A stretch of 54,374 nucleotides of DNA, the filler included, from Sphacelaria rigidula (Eukaryota), in the NCBI GenBank assembly GCA_964200075.2. It is 5 parts of 5 records of this genome, joined end to end, with 100 filler letters (N's around TTAATTAATTAA, not from the genome) between each part and the next. Parts side by side here need not be neighbours in the genome. Positions count along the whole stretch, not along the records: positions 21,793 to 32,586 come from CAXNAA020005897.1; positions 32,687 to 43,480 come from CAXNAA020005898.1; 3 more parts are not named here. One strand, 5' to 3'. Numbering within the stretch: the stretch's first letter is position 1; every line of letters begins with the position of its first letter. The position numbers and the translations under genes were made by a program. Under the pieces are notes generated by a model, which saw only the letters and a list, made by a program, of their open reading frames with translations, had not been told where the DNA came from and did not search any database. Positions 25,901 to 37,388 of the stretch are shown here, piece after piece.

Positions 25901-28900
25901 TGGGGTTTGTTTTCAGCGTTGTAACCCAGGTACGCGCAGCGCAGCCCATGCTCGCGGAATGACGCAAAAGTTGCGTGGGAACCTTCTCGATCATCGGTGG
26001 ACTTTTTCGCCCACTATTGAGCAATCAGGCCTGAAAAAATCGTGGATTTGGTGATTCGAACCGGCGAGGATTCGTCCGAACCGTCAAAGATTCCGGGCTT
26101 TTCCGTCGTTCATCACGGTGAGTATGTCGAGTATCTAAACTAATTCTCCATCATCGAGTGATGCTACGGTAGGGTTGCACTATTCGAGCGAAATGCTTCT
26201 CGGGGCGTTGCACGGATCAAAATGAGAATTGGTATCATTTTCAGTTGAAAAAGACCGAAAATGATGCCGATTCACGAAAAAGCCCCTGCGTGTGCATCTC
26301 CATATTCTGTCCCCGGAGATTTGGGTTGCACAGTAAGCCTCATATATTTGGGCTCCTACAAAAACGAGACCCAGAAACAGAAAGTGCAACCCCTACCGTA
26401 GCATTGCTTCATCATAAGTCATGAACCATGAATCATGAATCATCTTCATCATACCCACCGTTCCTGCTTCTCTCCTAGAACCCCGACCAGATGCAAATAG
26501 CAACGTCTTTCATCACGCTAAAAAAAATGTGTCCACGTATAAAGGGACAAAACCATCGCTCCTTTTCATTTTCTACTTTTCTTCTTCCGTCCCGCACGCC
26601 CCGAAAGTTCACCGCCAACGACATGCTACCGCCCATCACGCAACAAATGGATGCTATCACAACAACACACGAGGACAAGCATTACCTTCACGTAGATGTC
26701 GCGCAGCGACCGGCTACCGCTGTCACCAGGGGGTGACAGAGTCGGCAGGACGGGGTCCACGGGCGCGGGTGGACCCCCGACGGCGCCGAGAGACGGCTCG
26801 GGGCCGTTGACAACGACTTCAGCGATGTACTTGAGCATCTTCTGGGCACTGCGTGTGTGTTGTCGTCGTTGGGAATGTCGGATGTTGATGAATGCGGCGG
26901 CCCGACATACACAAAAGACATGAGAAGGAGGTTGCGAGGGACACGAACGGAAACGAAGCCCAGATGGCGACGGGAAATCAAGAGAAAAGAGTTGAAAAAG
27001 GGGGAAATAAGAGAGGGAAAAGAAGGGGGCGGATACACGGAGGGACGAAAAAAAGGAAAAGAGTGAAAAAGGTGACAAAAATGTGAAAAACTGAGGGAAA
27101 GAAAAATACGGGGAAGGGGGGGGAATTCCATCGACAGGGAAGCGAACACACTGACTAAAAAAATAAAAAACGAACCGAACCGAGAAACAAATGAAATGAA
27201 GAATATGCATTCATCAACAAACACGAAGCAGACAAGAAGCAATATGCGAAACAAAGCCAGCAACCAACAGCAGACAGAACAGCACAAAATAAAAGCTTGA
27301 TTGTCGCATATCCTGGTTCCTCAATAATCCAGACTTGGTCACATGATGGGCACGTGCCCGAAACAAGAAGACAACACTCGCTCAAGAAAAGTAAACAAAA
27401 CAGAAAAAAAAAACATACAAAATCGAGTAAGAAGAAGTTGAAAGAAACAAATGAAAAAAAAATAGAAAGCATACGTAAAAGAAGTCGAGAGATGAGAAGA
27501 AAAAGAAAAAAGAAAAAAAAAACACTACTGTACGAACGACAATCACATGAACAAAGGGCCACCTATGGTACCAACAACAAGAACGGACTCGACGCGAACA
27601 AAAAAAAATAAGAACGGCGTACCGGTTGGACACGTGCTGCGGCTCCAAGAGGTGCGGGTTCTGCGCAATGAACGAAGTGTTCACCGTCCCGTCCAGGAAA
27701 TCCGGGTGCTTCAAAACGTTCAGCAAAAACGGCTGGTGCGTTTACGCGTGGGCATTTCAGAGGGTTTAGTGATTTTGCGTCAAAGAAAAATGTAAATCCG
27801 GAAGGCGGGGGGCGGGGGCAAGAGAAAAGGACGGAGACGGGAAAACAGTCAAAGGGGAGGGTGGGGTGGGGTGGGGATGGGTGGGAATGAAGATAAGAAA
27901 ACAACCAAAAAAGTTGCGAGGATGCTTTTGCAGATTGAAAACACGGGAAAGAAAAAGAAAGGCTCACTTTTGAACGAAAAAGAAGACAAGGTTGGTATCT
28001 CTTTCTGCGATATGCCTTGTTTTGTTTTTTTCTTTCAAAATTAAAAAGCGAAAAGAAAACGAGCCCAACAAGAAGGCACAAAAATGAACACACACACACA
28101 GACACACATACGAGCTATAACAAGAACTACGGCAAGCTGCTGTAGGCCTGGAGTCGTCGACGATAGTGCATGTTTTGCATGATTATACAGTGGAACAACA
28201 CGATCAAAAGCCGGGAATGTTGAAGAAAAAAAAAAAAAAAACACAACAACCGCAAGAACAACAGAGAACCAAGAACAAACAAACAAAAAAAAAACNNNNN
28301 NNNNNAAGAAAGAGAATGTTTTAAAAAATTAAAAAAAGAAAAAAAAAAAAAAAAAACCGGAAATATTAAAAAAAAAAAAAAAAAAAACACGACAATCGCA
28401 AGTTCATCAGAGCTCCTTGCACCATCATACCCAATGTAATCTACCACGAATTGGGGTACATGAAAGGCAAAGGAAGAAAAAAAAAACGCGTCGAGAAAAC
28501 AGCGAAAAAAAATAATAATAATTAAAAAAAACACACACACACACAAAAAGAAGTCAATCTCACCTTGTTCAACGTCACGCCTCGTACTCGCATCTCATCC
28601 AGAGCTCGGGTAAGCTTCGATGCGCAATCCTGCCCGACAAAACCGGAACAAAAGCAGAGACACAGAGACAGGTATACTACATACATAAGACAGAGAGACA
28701 TTGACGAATACCAGCGGACGATGCTGTACCATTCAGACTCGTAAATCACCGAAACACACCAACGGTAACGGTGACCCTATCCCTAACCCCGACCGAGGCA
28801 TAAGCGACACATCGGGTAGAAGGTGTGCAGTGAGTGTCCTAGCCAAGGTGTGCATTAGCAGACTCTAAATCCGCGCCGAGTTGGAAAAAAAAAAAAAACG

Positions 28901-31900
28901 TTCTGGGTGAACTAAGAGCACTCGAGACAGTCCATCCCTCGCGATATCAGAATATCAGAATTCATTGTAAATTCAAGTGACACACCAATGCTTCCGACCA
29001 TTTGGTGAACTATGTTGACTGAGAGCGAAGCCCTACGCGTAAAAAACGAGGTAAAAAGAAAAAACTCACTGGAAGATGACATGCTGCACGGAGGCGGTGG
29101 GGGTAGGCGGGCAGCGGTGCGAACCCGCCCTCTTCAAGGGATGTAGCTTTGTTTTGGTTACTTCATTCAATCCCCCCCCGCCCTCCCCCCGTCCGTCCCC
29201 TATGACTCTTTTTTCGCGGGCGTTTCGCTGCGTTTCCTTCACCTTCGGCATTACTTTCATCACTAATCTGGTGGATAATGACCACGACTGGATGCCTCCA
29301 GAATGGATCAATGAGTGTGCGACAATCAAACAATGGAATAAGCCAACGAAGAAATGCAAAATTAAGTTTTTTAACGCCCTGAAAAGTACTTTTTACGCGA
29401 AATCGTGTCTGGTTCGGAGGCTCGTATAAATTCAATATGCACAAGAATATGGGTCAGCGCATCTCCGTGTGGAAATTCCTTCGGGATAACCCCAGCACAC
29501 TGGAATATCACTCCTCGCGTACCCCCGAAATATTCCAAAAGTCGGGTTTACGACGAGACAAAGGGCTCCTTCAAGTCCCAACCTCAAAAAATATGTGTGC
29601 ACCACTACCGTGGCATCACGCGTAACTTCAAATCGACTCAACACTGCGGATCAGTAGGAGCATATATATATATATATACATATATAGAAAAACATTTCAC
29701 ACATGTATTTGATTTTCGAAACGGGACGAACGAACACCACATACACCTGTACGCTTTTTTTCATGCTCACCCTCCGGGTAGGCGCATTGGCCGTGATCTT
29801 GAGCAGCAGAGAGTCGTAGTGAGGGCTAATGTTGGCACCCTGGAAGCCGGGACCATCGTCAATGCGGATACCCATACCTCCTGGTTGACGGAATACCTCG
29901 ATCACACCGGTGTCGGGTTTGAAGTCCTGACGGCGGAGGGGGGAGGGGGAAATACGAGATAGTTGAATATAGAACAAGGTGATGAAAAAAAAAAACATCA
30001 ACGGAAGTACTTCTCCTCGAGTGAATCTTTTTTGATGAGAAAAAGCGAAGTTGAAAAAAAATCATGTCGAGATTGATTTTTTTCAATTCTGTGTGAGAAA
30101 AAAAACTGAAATTTTCGCGGAAACCAAAAAAAAAAGTTTGAAATCTCCGTGCGTGAAGGAAATATATATTTATATATATATGTATTTCGGAGTTATGTAT
30201 AGATCATGATGAACCCCCTGTCGTGAGACACAGGTGAGGTCGCTTTTTCAAGATGGCATGCACGATTGAACAACACAGTAGGAGTAGTATGGTGGTAGGT
30301 ACACAAGACAAGAAGAAAAAAAAAACAGCACCTGAGACGGGTCCTCCGTGGTAACACGGCACTGCATGGCCACGCCAGACACGCTCACGTTGTCCTGCAC
30401 CAGCCCCAGTTCTTTCAAGGTTGCACCGGCGGCGATTCGGATCTGGCTCTGCACTAAATCCACTTGCGTTACCTGACGCCGTAACAACCACAACACAATG
30501 AAAAAAAGAGGGGGGCAGAGTAGGTGGGCGGGTCGCGAGGGGGGGGGGGGGGTACTCATTTGTTGCTAGCCTTCGTTATTTGACCATTGACCACGCATGC
30601 CATTCGAGACCGAGTACGGGGGGGCATATGTGTCAGGGTAGCGTTATTGGGGATCGATGGAAACATTTCAGCTCTACACCCACGGTCGTCGCTTGGTTGA
30701 ACTAAAGCTACCTACCCACCTCATTCACTCCACCAAAGTAAAAAGAAACAGATGGAAAAAAGAATTAGAGGGAATATATTGAACGAAGCGCACTCTGTGT
30801 GAGAGAGCGTTTTCTGCACTCGCAAGTTTAACTTGCGGGAACTGACGTGACCCATAAACGTGGATATACAGAAAAAAATGAATCACCAGGGAAAAACAAA
30901 AGTACAAAAGGAAGAGGATATACTTAAACACAAAGCATGTTCTAGTCGTTCCATAGAGGAAAACTTATGTAGGAAAAACGGGAACCATCCCCCCCCCCCC
31001 CCCCTCGCCCGAGTGAATGAAACTATGCAGCATCATGATGAGCATCGTCTGAGAAACACATTCAAGACGCGATAGCGCTTGTATCCGATCAGACGAGCAA
31101 GGAGAAGGAACTAAAATTATGTTTGCAATCACCATCATCACCATAATAATATTACTCTTGTGATTTCCTAAAATTTGACAAAAAAATATATTGATATAGA
31201 TTTAGACACCTGATGGACTCGCCGCGATGAAAAACTTGCGCCAACACGCGCCGCGTATCGATTGCTTCAACCCTTTGGCCGCGAGGGTAGGTTTCCAACT
31301 GAATCGACATAATTTCCCACTGAAAAAAAGTATCCGTGATCTAGATGGAATAACCGCACCGCGGTCCAAGTAAGGGTTGACCTCAATCCGAAGGTGGCAG
31401 GTTACGTCATCAAAAACGTGTACCGCATGTAGGATGGAATCTTCTTGTCTCATGCATAAGACGCAAATAACTGATACTGTACGCAGTACATCTTTTTCGA
31501 CCATCCATTGTTAAGGGTGTGATGTACTGAACACAGGGTGACCAGAGATACCAGAGTGATGGGGGGTGATTAATGGTTTTGATTAGACTTGCCTGTTCAG
31601 TGACCGTGTGCTCCACTTGGATACGAGGGTTGACTTCGATGAAGTAGTGCCTGTTCACACGCACAAACGCACACAAACACACGAGAAAAAAAAAAGAAGG
31701 GATGGATGATATGAGATGGGAACATGACCACACCTTGGACAATATATGGCCAAAAGATGCAAGAGACGAAAATTGTACTGCATAGAGTATAGGCCTATTG
31801 CAATTATTGCCGGTCGACGATAGTCGCAGTAGGCCTATACTCTATGCAGTACGTTTCCTGTATAATGCAACTATTGAGCATATTTTGTCCAAGGTGTGCG

Positions 31901-32178
31901 CATGACACAAGCGGGTAGAGGACAAGCATAAAGAACTCTCCGTTTTATATCCTTTCTTCTACAGTCAATACTTCTGTTTTTCTTTACTCTCCCGCCCTTT
32001 CCCTTATGCTTTCTCCGGGGGGAGGGCTGGTCTACCCTTGCAGCATGCTAAAAATCGGGGGCGTGTGAAAACGAAAAAGAAAAACTGACCTTCCCTGCTG
32101 GTCAACCAAGAACTCCACGGTACCAGCGCAAAGGTACTTGGCTGAGGCACACAGGCGTACAGCGTCGTCGAACATGGC
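22854..32178 (-). CDS. PYC: Pyruvate carboxylase, partial (end of biotin carboxylase domain to start of carboxyltransferase domain); 10 exons, both ends off-scaffold
   Basis: Manual splicing of exons 32178-32090, 31650-31593, 30472-30332, 29926-29771, 28629-28564, 27732-27623, 26848-26686, 25240-25022, 24002-23881 and 22923-22854 gives 1194 nt / 398 codons with no stop. All phases are compatible and all acceptors are AG. Motifs: [101 protein letters not shown]. Confidence 0.96.
23485..23741. mobile_element. hAT-like MITE family A in a PYC intron, 8-bp TSD AAACAATT
   Basis: CAGGGTTAGGACAAATCATCA ... TCATCATTTGTCCGACCCTCG; TSD at 23477-23484 and 23742-23749. Confidence 0.92.
23881..24002 (-). 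CDS. PYC: Pyruvate carboxylase exon ([40 protein letters not shown])
   Basis: 122 nt, phase 0/2. Confidence 0.94.
24484..24588. repeat. 40-bp tandem repeat, about 2.5 copies
   Basis: GTATTGGCCGATTCGCGTACCATCCCAAAAACCCATCCAA repeated. Confidence 0.85.
25022..25240 (-). CDS. PYC: Pyruvate carboxylase exon ([11 protein letters not shown]...[15 protein letters not shown]...[14 protein letters not shown])
   Basis: 219 nt, phase 0/0; carboxyltransferase RDAHQS motif. Confidence 0.95.
25821..26085. mobile_element. hAT-like MITE family A in a PYC intron (more diverged copy)
   Basis: Same body; flanks ATACATTC / AAAGATTC (6 of 8 match). Confidence 0.82.
26161..26404. mobile_element. MITE with about 21-bp inverted termini (possible TA TSD)
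   Basis: ATGCTACGGTAGGGTTGCACT ... AGTGCAACCCCTACCGTAGCAT. Confidence 0.75.
26686..26848 (-). CDS. PYC: Pyruvate carboxylase exon ([16 protein letters not shown]...RDIYVK)
   Basis: 163 nt, phase 2/0; NRAQKxLxYxAEVxVNG motif spans the junction. Confidence 0.93.
27623..27732 (-). CDS. PYC: Pyruvate carboxylase exon ([29 protein letters not shown]...)
   Basis: 110 nt, phase 0/2. Confidence 0.93.
28564..28629 (-). CDS. PYC: Pyruvate carboxylase exon ([22 protein letters not shown])
   Basis: 66 nt, cag| and |gtgag; RALxExxVRGVxxN motif. Confidence 0.92.
29771..29926 (-). CDS. PYC: Pyruvate carboxylase exon ([25 protein letters not shown]...[18 protein letters not shown])
   Basis: 156 nt, phase 0/0, biotin carboxylase C-terminal motifs. 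Confidence 0.94.
30332..30472 (-). CDS. PYC: Pyruvate carboxylase exon ([16 protein letters not shown]...[11 protein letters not shown])
   Basis: 141 nt, phase 0/0, AG and GT boundaries. Confidence 0.94.
31269..31380. mobile_element. Solo piggyBac-like MITE copy in a PYC intron
   Basis: AACCCTTTGGCCGCGAGGGTAGGT...GTGATCTAGATGG...CCGCGGTCCAAG...GGGTTGA. Confidence 0.7.
31593..31650 (-). CDS. PYC: Pyruvate carboxylase exon ([19 protein letters not shown]), GC donor
   Basis: [10 protein letters not shown] catalytic motif; followed by CAG|gcaagt. Confidence 0.92.
31729..31898. mobile_element. 170-bp palindromic MITE family B in a PYC intron
   Basis: CACACCTTGGACAA...TTGTCCAAGGTGTG, foldback over its whole length; flanks AACATGAC / CGCATGAC. 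Confidence 0.88.
32090..32178 (-). CDS. PYC: Pyruvate carboxylase exon ([29 protein letters not shown])
   Basis: cag| acceptor, |gtcagt donor; biotin carboxylase AGTVEFLVD motif; ends in phase 2. Confidence 0.92.
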
Positions 32179-32280
32179 CTGCGGGGATGGTGAAAAAAAC
32201 GGAGAAAAATGAGCAGAAGATCACAACAAGAAGCGAAAAAGAAGAAAAAAAAAGAGAGAAAGAGGAGAGCCCACAACAAG

Positions 32281-32528
32281 AGACACTTTCTACGATAGCC
32301 CCCCCCCCCCCCACAAAAAAAAAAGTGCATGGTTTTGGGAGGCAAAATCTTGACGTGAATCGGAATGGGAAAAGCCAAGCACAACGAGAAGCTGGGAATT
32401 CCCACGCTTGGGTGTGTCCTCGACAATGTAGCCCATATGAGGCGCTTCATGCAGCCTGAACCCGAACATCAGGCGCTTTATGGCCACTGTTTTTGTGACT
32501 CTTTTAGCTGGTTTGGGGGGGGGGGGGG
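32281..32528. mobile_element. MITE, same family as 12800-13022, one TIR incomplete
   Basis: AGACACTTTCTACGATAGCCCC start; internal GCGCTTCATGCAGCCTGAACCC is the reverse complement of the 12878-12900 region. Confidence 0.8.
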
Positions 32529-32586
32529 CGGTAAAGTGGGCCGAATAATCCAATCAACGGGGAGTTAATTGGAAGGGGGCCTGGTG

Positions 32587-32686
32587 NNNNNNNNNNNNNN
32601 NNNNNNNNNNNNNNNNNNNNNNNNNNNNNNTTAATTAATTAANNNNNNNNNNNNNNNNNNNNNNNNNNNNNNNNNNNNNNNNNNNN
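32587..32686. other. Artificial scaffold linker
   Basis: Same 100-nt linker. Confidence 0.98.
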
Positions 32687-32753
32687 TGGGCAATCAGGCC
32701 GAAGAAATCGTGGATTTGGTGATTCTTAGTCGTGATGATCCGTCCTAACTGTG
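32687..32753. mobile_element. hAT-like MITE family A fragment at scaffold start
   Basis: GGCAATCAGGCCGAAGAAATCGTGGATTTGGTGATT...GTCCTAACTGTG. Confidence 0.78.
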
Positions 32754-32940
32754 ACTATTCTCGAAAAATTCCCCAAACATCCAAATTCAGCACCTTACCT
32801 GCCCACCACACCATTCTAGCGATGGAGTCGCCCCCCAGCACACCCCCACCTCGCAAACGGGGCGCTGAGATATCGGTCGGTGGCCGCCACGCAATGACGG
32901 TAGAGATTGCTATGGTCATGCACTCCCGTGGGAAAGGCAT

Positions 32941-35900
32941 GATTGCTTGATACACTGATTGGTTGTCGCACCTTGACTGACCACCCATGGGTCCAGCCGT
33001 GGTCGCATGATAGACGTACCCAAAAAGAGCAAAACTGAAACACTTGCTGAAAAAGAAACATAAAAAAAGCCGTAAAGAACGACGTGGTAGACTAGAACAT
33101 TAAAAAAAATGAAAAAAAGAAAGAGAATAAGATGAAAAATAATCAATAAAAGCAAAGCACAGGAAGAGAAGGCCGACCTAAAAAAAAATTAGCAAACAAA
33201 AAAATGGAATGAAATAATTCAGGGAAAAAAAGCCCGAGGGATTCAGGGCAGCAGAGTAGATACAGACACACACCGGTGGGCACCGCCACCGACTAAGGAC
33301 ATGATCAACAACCGATATGATCAGACAGGATTCTTCGATTGGCGGCCCTCGACGCAGCTGCCTCTCGCTTGTGACGGCGACCTGATTCTCGTTTGTCCGC
33401 GCGTCGCCACGTGTCCTCAAACTCTTCCGCTCCTTTTTCGACTCCAATATGCCATTTGCCCATGTTCTTTGCCACAGTGACCCAATCAGATGCATCGTTA
33501 ACCTCGACACCGTAGACGAACCACTTTCGTCGAACTCTTTTGTGCGGGACAGCCCCTAGCGCACGTAGGTTCTCCTGTAGGGTATCCTTCCATTGCTTGG
33601 GGGGGCGGCCGACCCCCTTGGGTCCTCGTGTGGAAAATCGACCGCTTGGGTAGGCGTGTATCCTTTTGCCGGACACGGGCTCCCGCGAAGCAGAGTTGAC
33701 GTTTGCTGATAGTCGTCTCGATACGTTCGCAGTTGGTCATCTCGAGCACCGCTCTGTACGAAAGAGTCTTGTAGCCATTTCGATATTTTCTGCGGAATCC
33801 AACCACTCGCAGCAAGAGCTTGTGATGGGCAGTCCGCTGACTGTCTAAGTCCTCAGAACGCAGTGTCCATGTGGCACATCCATACAACAGAGCTTTCACC
33901 ACCTCCGCTTTTAGCAGTCGAACTTTCAAGGATGGCTCGGCGTTGGGGCGGTCGTAGAGTTGGGAGCTATATTTTCGGATACGCGCCCACGCCGCGCTGA
34001 TACGGCGGTTGATTTCGGTGGACATTTTCGCATTCGCGCTGATAGCTCCACCAAGGTAGATGAACTTCCCTGTCTGCTTATACCGTTGACCGGCAGCTTT
34101 GACATACAGGGCCTCCGTGGGACTGGGTACTGACCAAAGGCGCATGGACTCTGTCTTGCTCTCGGAGACCATCAGGCCGAATTCCTGGCAGGTCATCACT
34201 ATCACGGCCATCATTCGAGCAAGGCCCTCTGCGGTCTTCGAGGCTATGCCGGCGTCGTCCGCATAAAGCATTGCCCACACCGCGCGTCGCACTTTTTCCA
34301 GCGGTGTTTCTTTCAGGGGTTCACCACCGTCACCTTTCAGCGCATCATCTAGAAAGACCAAGTCTGGGAGGATGACTGGGTCCGCCGCAAACCGCTGAAT
34401 GATCACTTCCATCAATCCTGCTCCGGAGATGTTGAACAACAGCGGATACGAAACGCAACCTTGTCTGAGTCCCTGGCAGACGTGGAACCACGCTAATAGT
34501 TCGCCACTATCTAGCTGTACCCGAGCTCACCGGCCGTCGTGAAACACACGGATGATCGTGATCATTCGCGACGGAACGCCGAACCGAGCAAGCACTCCCC
34601 ACAGGAGCGTGAGATCTACAGAATCGTAGACTTTTTGCAGATCGATAAAACACGTGCTTAGTGAGATGTTGCTCGTCTGTTCCAACTCCTGGAGTCGGCG
34701 TACTACGAACATCATGTCTGTGGTCGATCTTTGGCACCTATACACACACTGGTTTTCCGGGAAGACATCTGTTTCCTCACAAAACTTACCGAGCCTGTTG
34801 GCTACGGTTTCGAGGAGAGTTTTAGCAGCATGTGCCACAACTGAAATACCTCTGCAGTTACTACACTGGGTCCTATCTTGTTTTTCGTGCAGCACTTTGA
34901 TGGTGACATCTTTCCATTCTTGCGGCACCTCGCTAGATGTCCAAGCCGCAGAGACGATGCTGTGGAAGTGGTGCAGAATGTCCGACGCCTCCTCTTCAAG
35001 TCCAAGCTTCAGGATTTCAGCAGGAATACCATCTGGGCCGGTTGCTTTGCCGTTCGACATAGCTCTCACAGCCCCCTCAGTTTCACTTGGACTTGGTGGG
35101 TCTCCTAGTGACAGCGCTATTGGTCGTTGGGCAATCTTCTCGATGACGGTGCGGTCGATAGTTGCCGATATGGCGTTCAGCAATATAGAGAAGTACCGTT
35201 TCCATCTCCCACTGATCAAACCTTTGTCCCGCAGCAAATTGCCATGCTCATCTCGAATGTACCGTTCGCTCTCGATTGGTCGTCCAGACAGTCTCCACCT
35301 CACGTTGAGATGTCTGTTCCACCCTCTCATCTCCCCCGCTCGAGTATACTCCTCTAGGTCTCGAGCATACACATCCATATAGTTGTCCACCCCGACTTGG
35401 ATCACCTCTTTGAGTTTTTTGCATGCTGCTCGCAATGTGCGCCATGCAGGTTTATCTCGAGGTGATCTCACTCTCACCGTTGATATCGCCGTTTCCATAT
35501 TCATCCAGGCCTGTTCGAATTCCGTTCTGATCTCAGCATCCTCGAACCACCCCGTTATACGTGGCTTTCGGGTCAGACGGGGTACCACCTTTTCAGCGGC
35601 ACTCAAGAGTACGTCGGTAAAGTTCGTACCCAGTGAACTAACTGACCGTATCGCCAGGTATACTCTGTTCGAGCTCACTGATGAGCCGGGTGAGCTGCTC
35701 ACGTCTTTCGGGATCAGATACTGTTGCCCGTCTGTCGATCGGTGTACGCCCAATTGGAATTCGTCCAGGTCTGTTGTGTCCGAAGCGACCAAGGAGCCGC
35801 ACTGAGGCGCACACGTTGTTTTGGTCAGAGTCCGGCGAGTTGGGGGGTTGAAGGTGGACGGTGACATTACGGACACGCCTGCGGTGATCTTGCCGTGTGA

Positions 35901-36010
35901 TGATGTAGTCAAAGCGTTTTTCGTCCGCGGGGCGATTCGCAACACCGTTAAACGTACGCGAGGTATTTCCCTCGGGGGTGGAAAATAACGTGTTCCATCA
36001 CTGCAAGTCG
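32941..36010 (-). mobile_element. 5'-truncated, degenerate RTE-like non-LTR retrotransposon (APE endonuclease C-terminal part + RT + 3' UTR)
   Basis: APE remnant NTLFSTP...KRFDYIITR...DSDQ in an alternative frame near 35820-35995; RT KATGPDGIPAE, VPQEWKD, FIDLQKVYDSVD, GLRQGC, MLYADDAGI, FIYLG; C-terminal RLPKR...GRPPKQWKD; 3' end with degenerate AATC repeats. Confidence 0.92.
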
Positions 36011-36247
36011 TCACAAGAAAGGGCGGAACAGTAATTCACAAAAAACGCCCAGGGCTGTCGCTGCATCGGAAACATTTCACCACTCATTACTTTCACTTGA
36101 AAAAGTACCAAACCCCCAGTCAGCAACTAATCACTACAATGTTCACTGTAGACTTATGTTTCACTGTCTACTATAGATTTATGTTGTTGTCTACGGTACA
36201 CTAATAATCCTGCACAAAACTGTCCACCGCTTTCATTGCTTGCACGG

Positions 36248-36419
36248 GCATTAATTTCACTCGAAAGAGTGTGTGATCCAGATGAACTACCCGCGTCGCG
36301 TTGTAAGGATTAGCCGTTTGACCGCGAAGGTAGGTCACCTGCTGAATCGGCATCAATTTCACTTGAAAACAGTATGCGTGATCCAGATGGACTACCCGCA
36401 TCGCGGTCTAAGGGTTAAT
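36248..36419. mobile_element. Two adjacent (one partial) piggyBac-like MITE copies
   Basis: GTGATCCAGATG(G/A)ACTACCCGC...CGCGGTCTAAGGGTTAA, same family as 37389-38667. Confidence 0.75.
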
Positions 36420-36439
36420 TACATACGCTGACACTGCCG

Positions 36440-36792
36440 GTCGCCCCGGTGGCTCAGGTGGTAATCTCGGAACCCTCTGACAGTCGGGTCGTGGGTTTGA
36501 ATCTTCGAGCGCGACCTGGGATTTTTCTCACACAATGTCCAACAGTGGAGAGCAATTATGTCGTGGGTACCCAAAACCGACTGAATGGTCGACGACGGAA
36601 AGGGACTGCTGAACCCCTCTCCCGATAAAAAATAGAGGGAAGCACCGCAGTAGGAAGGTGGAGAATGAAAAACAAACCAAAAAGAAAAAAACCTCCTGTG
36701 TCGACCTTCCTCCTATGCGACCCCTGTTGGTGCGCCCACATATTCCGAAAGGTCCAGACTGGCGTCCAGAAGAAATAGGACAACACACACAC
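36440..36792 (+). mobile_element. tRNA-derived SINE, family 1, near full length
   Basis: A box TGGCTCAGGTGG (36450), B box-like GGTTTGAATC, same core, short (CA)n tail. Confidence 0.82.
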
Positions 36793-36964
36793 TGACTAGA
36801 CAGACTACACAGGCCGTCAATCCAGCTCGTGGTGATTCGTCTCTGCGTGTTTGATCTCACCGTACTGCTTCGCTCTATACTCCCTCGCAACACGCTCCCG
36901 GACGACGCAATTTCCTTTTCGGCATGGATGATGTTGGCCAAACACCAAGGTTCGATTTTGATTT

Positions 36965-37231
36965 GATAGGCCATTTCTTTCTGTGCTTTGCTTGTGCTGA
37001 ACTTTTATTACTTTTTTATGTCACGACCTAGTCTGCTATGTCGTTCTGTTCGACCCCTCTTTCTTTTCTTTTCTTTCTGTTCCTATTTTTTTCTGTTTCT
37101 TTTTTTTTCTTCCTTTTTTTCCGTAAAGCGTGTTTGAATTTCGTTTTTCTCGGGTACGTCCATCATGAGACCACGGCTGGACCCCTGGGAGGTCAGTTAA
37201 AGTGCGCGACAATCAATCAATCAATCAATCA
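36965..37231 (+). mobile_element. 3'-UTR-only copy of the RTE-like LINE family ending in (AATC)n
   Basis: GGTACGTCCATCATGAGACCACGGCTGGACCC...GGTCAGT...GCGAC(AATC)5 matches the reverse complement of about 32945-33175. Confidence 0.85.
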
Positions 37232-37388
37232 GTACGTATACTTTCATGCGTTGTGTCAGGTAAGCCGCAGGCAATCGCCGCTTCCCGAGTGACATATTCC
37301 ATGCCGGCTCTGTTGTCCGTGGGTGGATTCAAAATACAGTTCGTTGGACGAGCGAGTGAAAATGGTTTTACTCTGACAGTAGGTTCTG

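Noticed and set aside
26857..28546. F/L-rich and K/R-rich ORFs
   Set aside because: Translations of poly-A/T low-complexity PYC intron sequence.
34654..35805. Long plus-strand ORFs (242 aa, 140 aa), and similarly 17418-18137
   Set aside because: Antisense shadows of the LINE ORF and of the minus-strand pseudogene.
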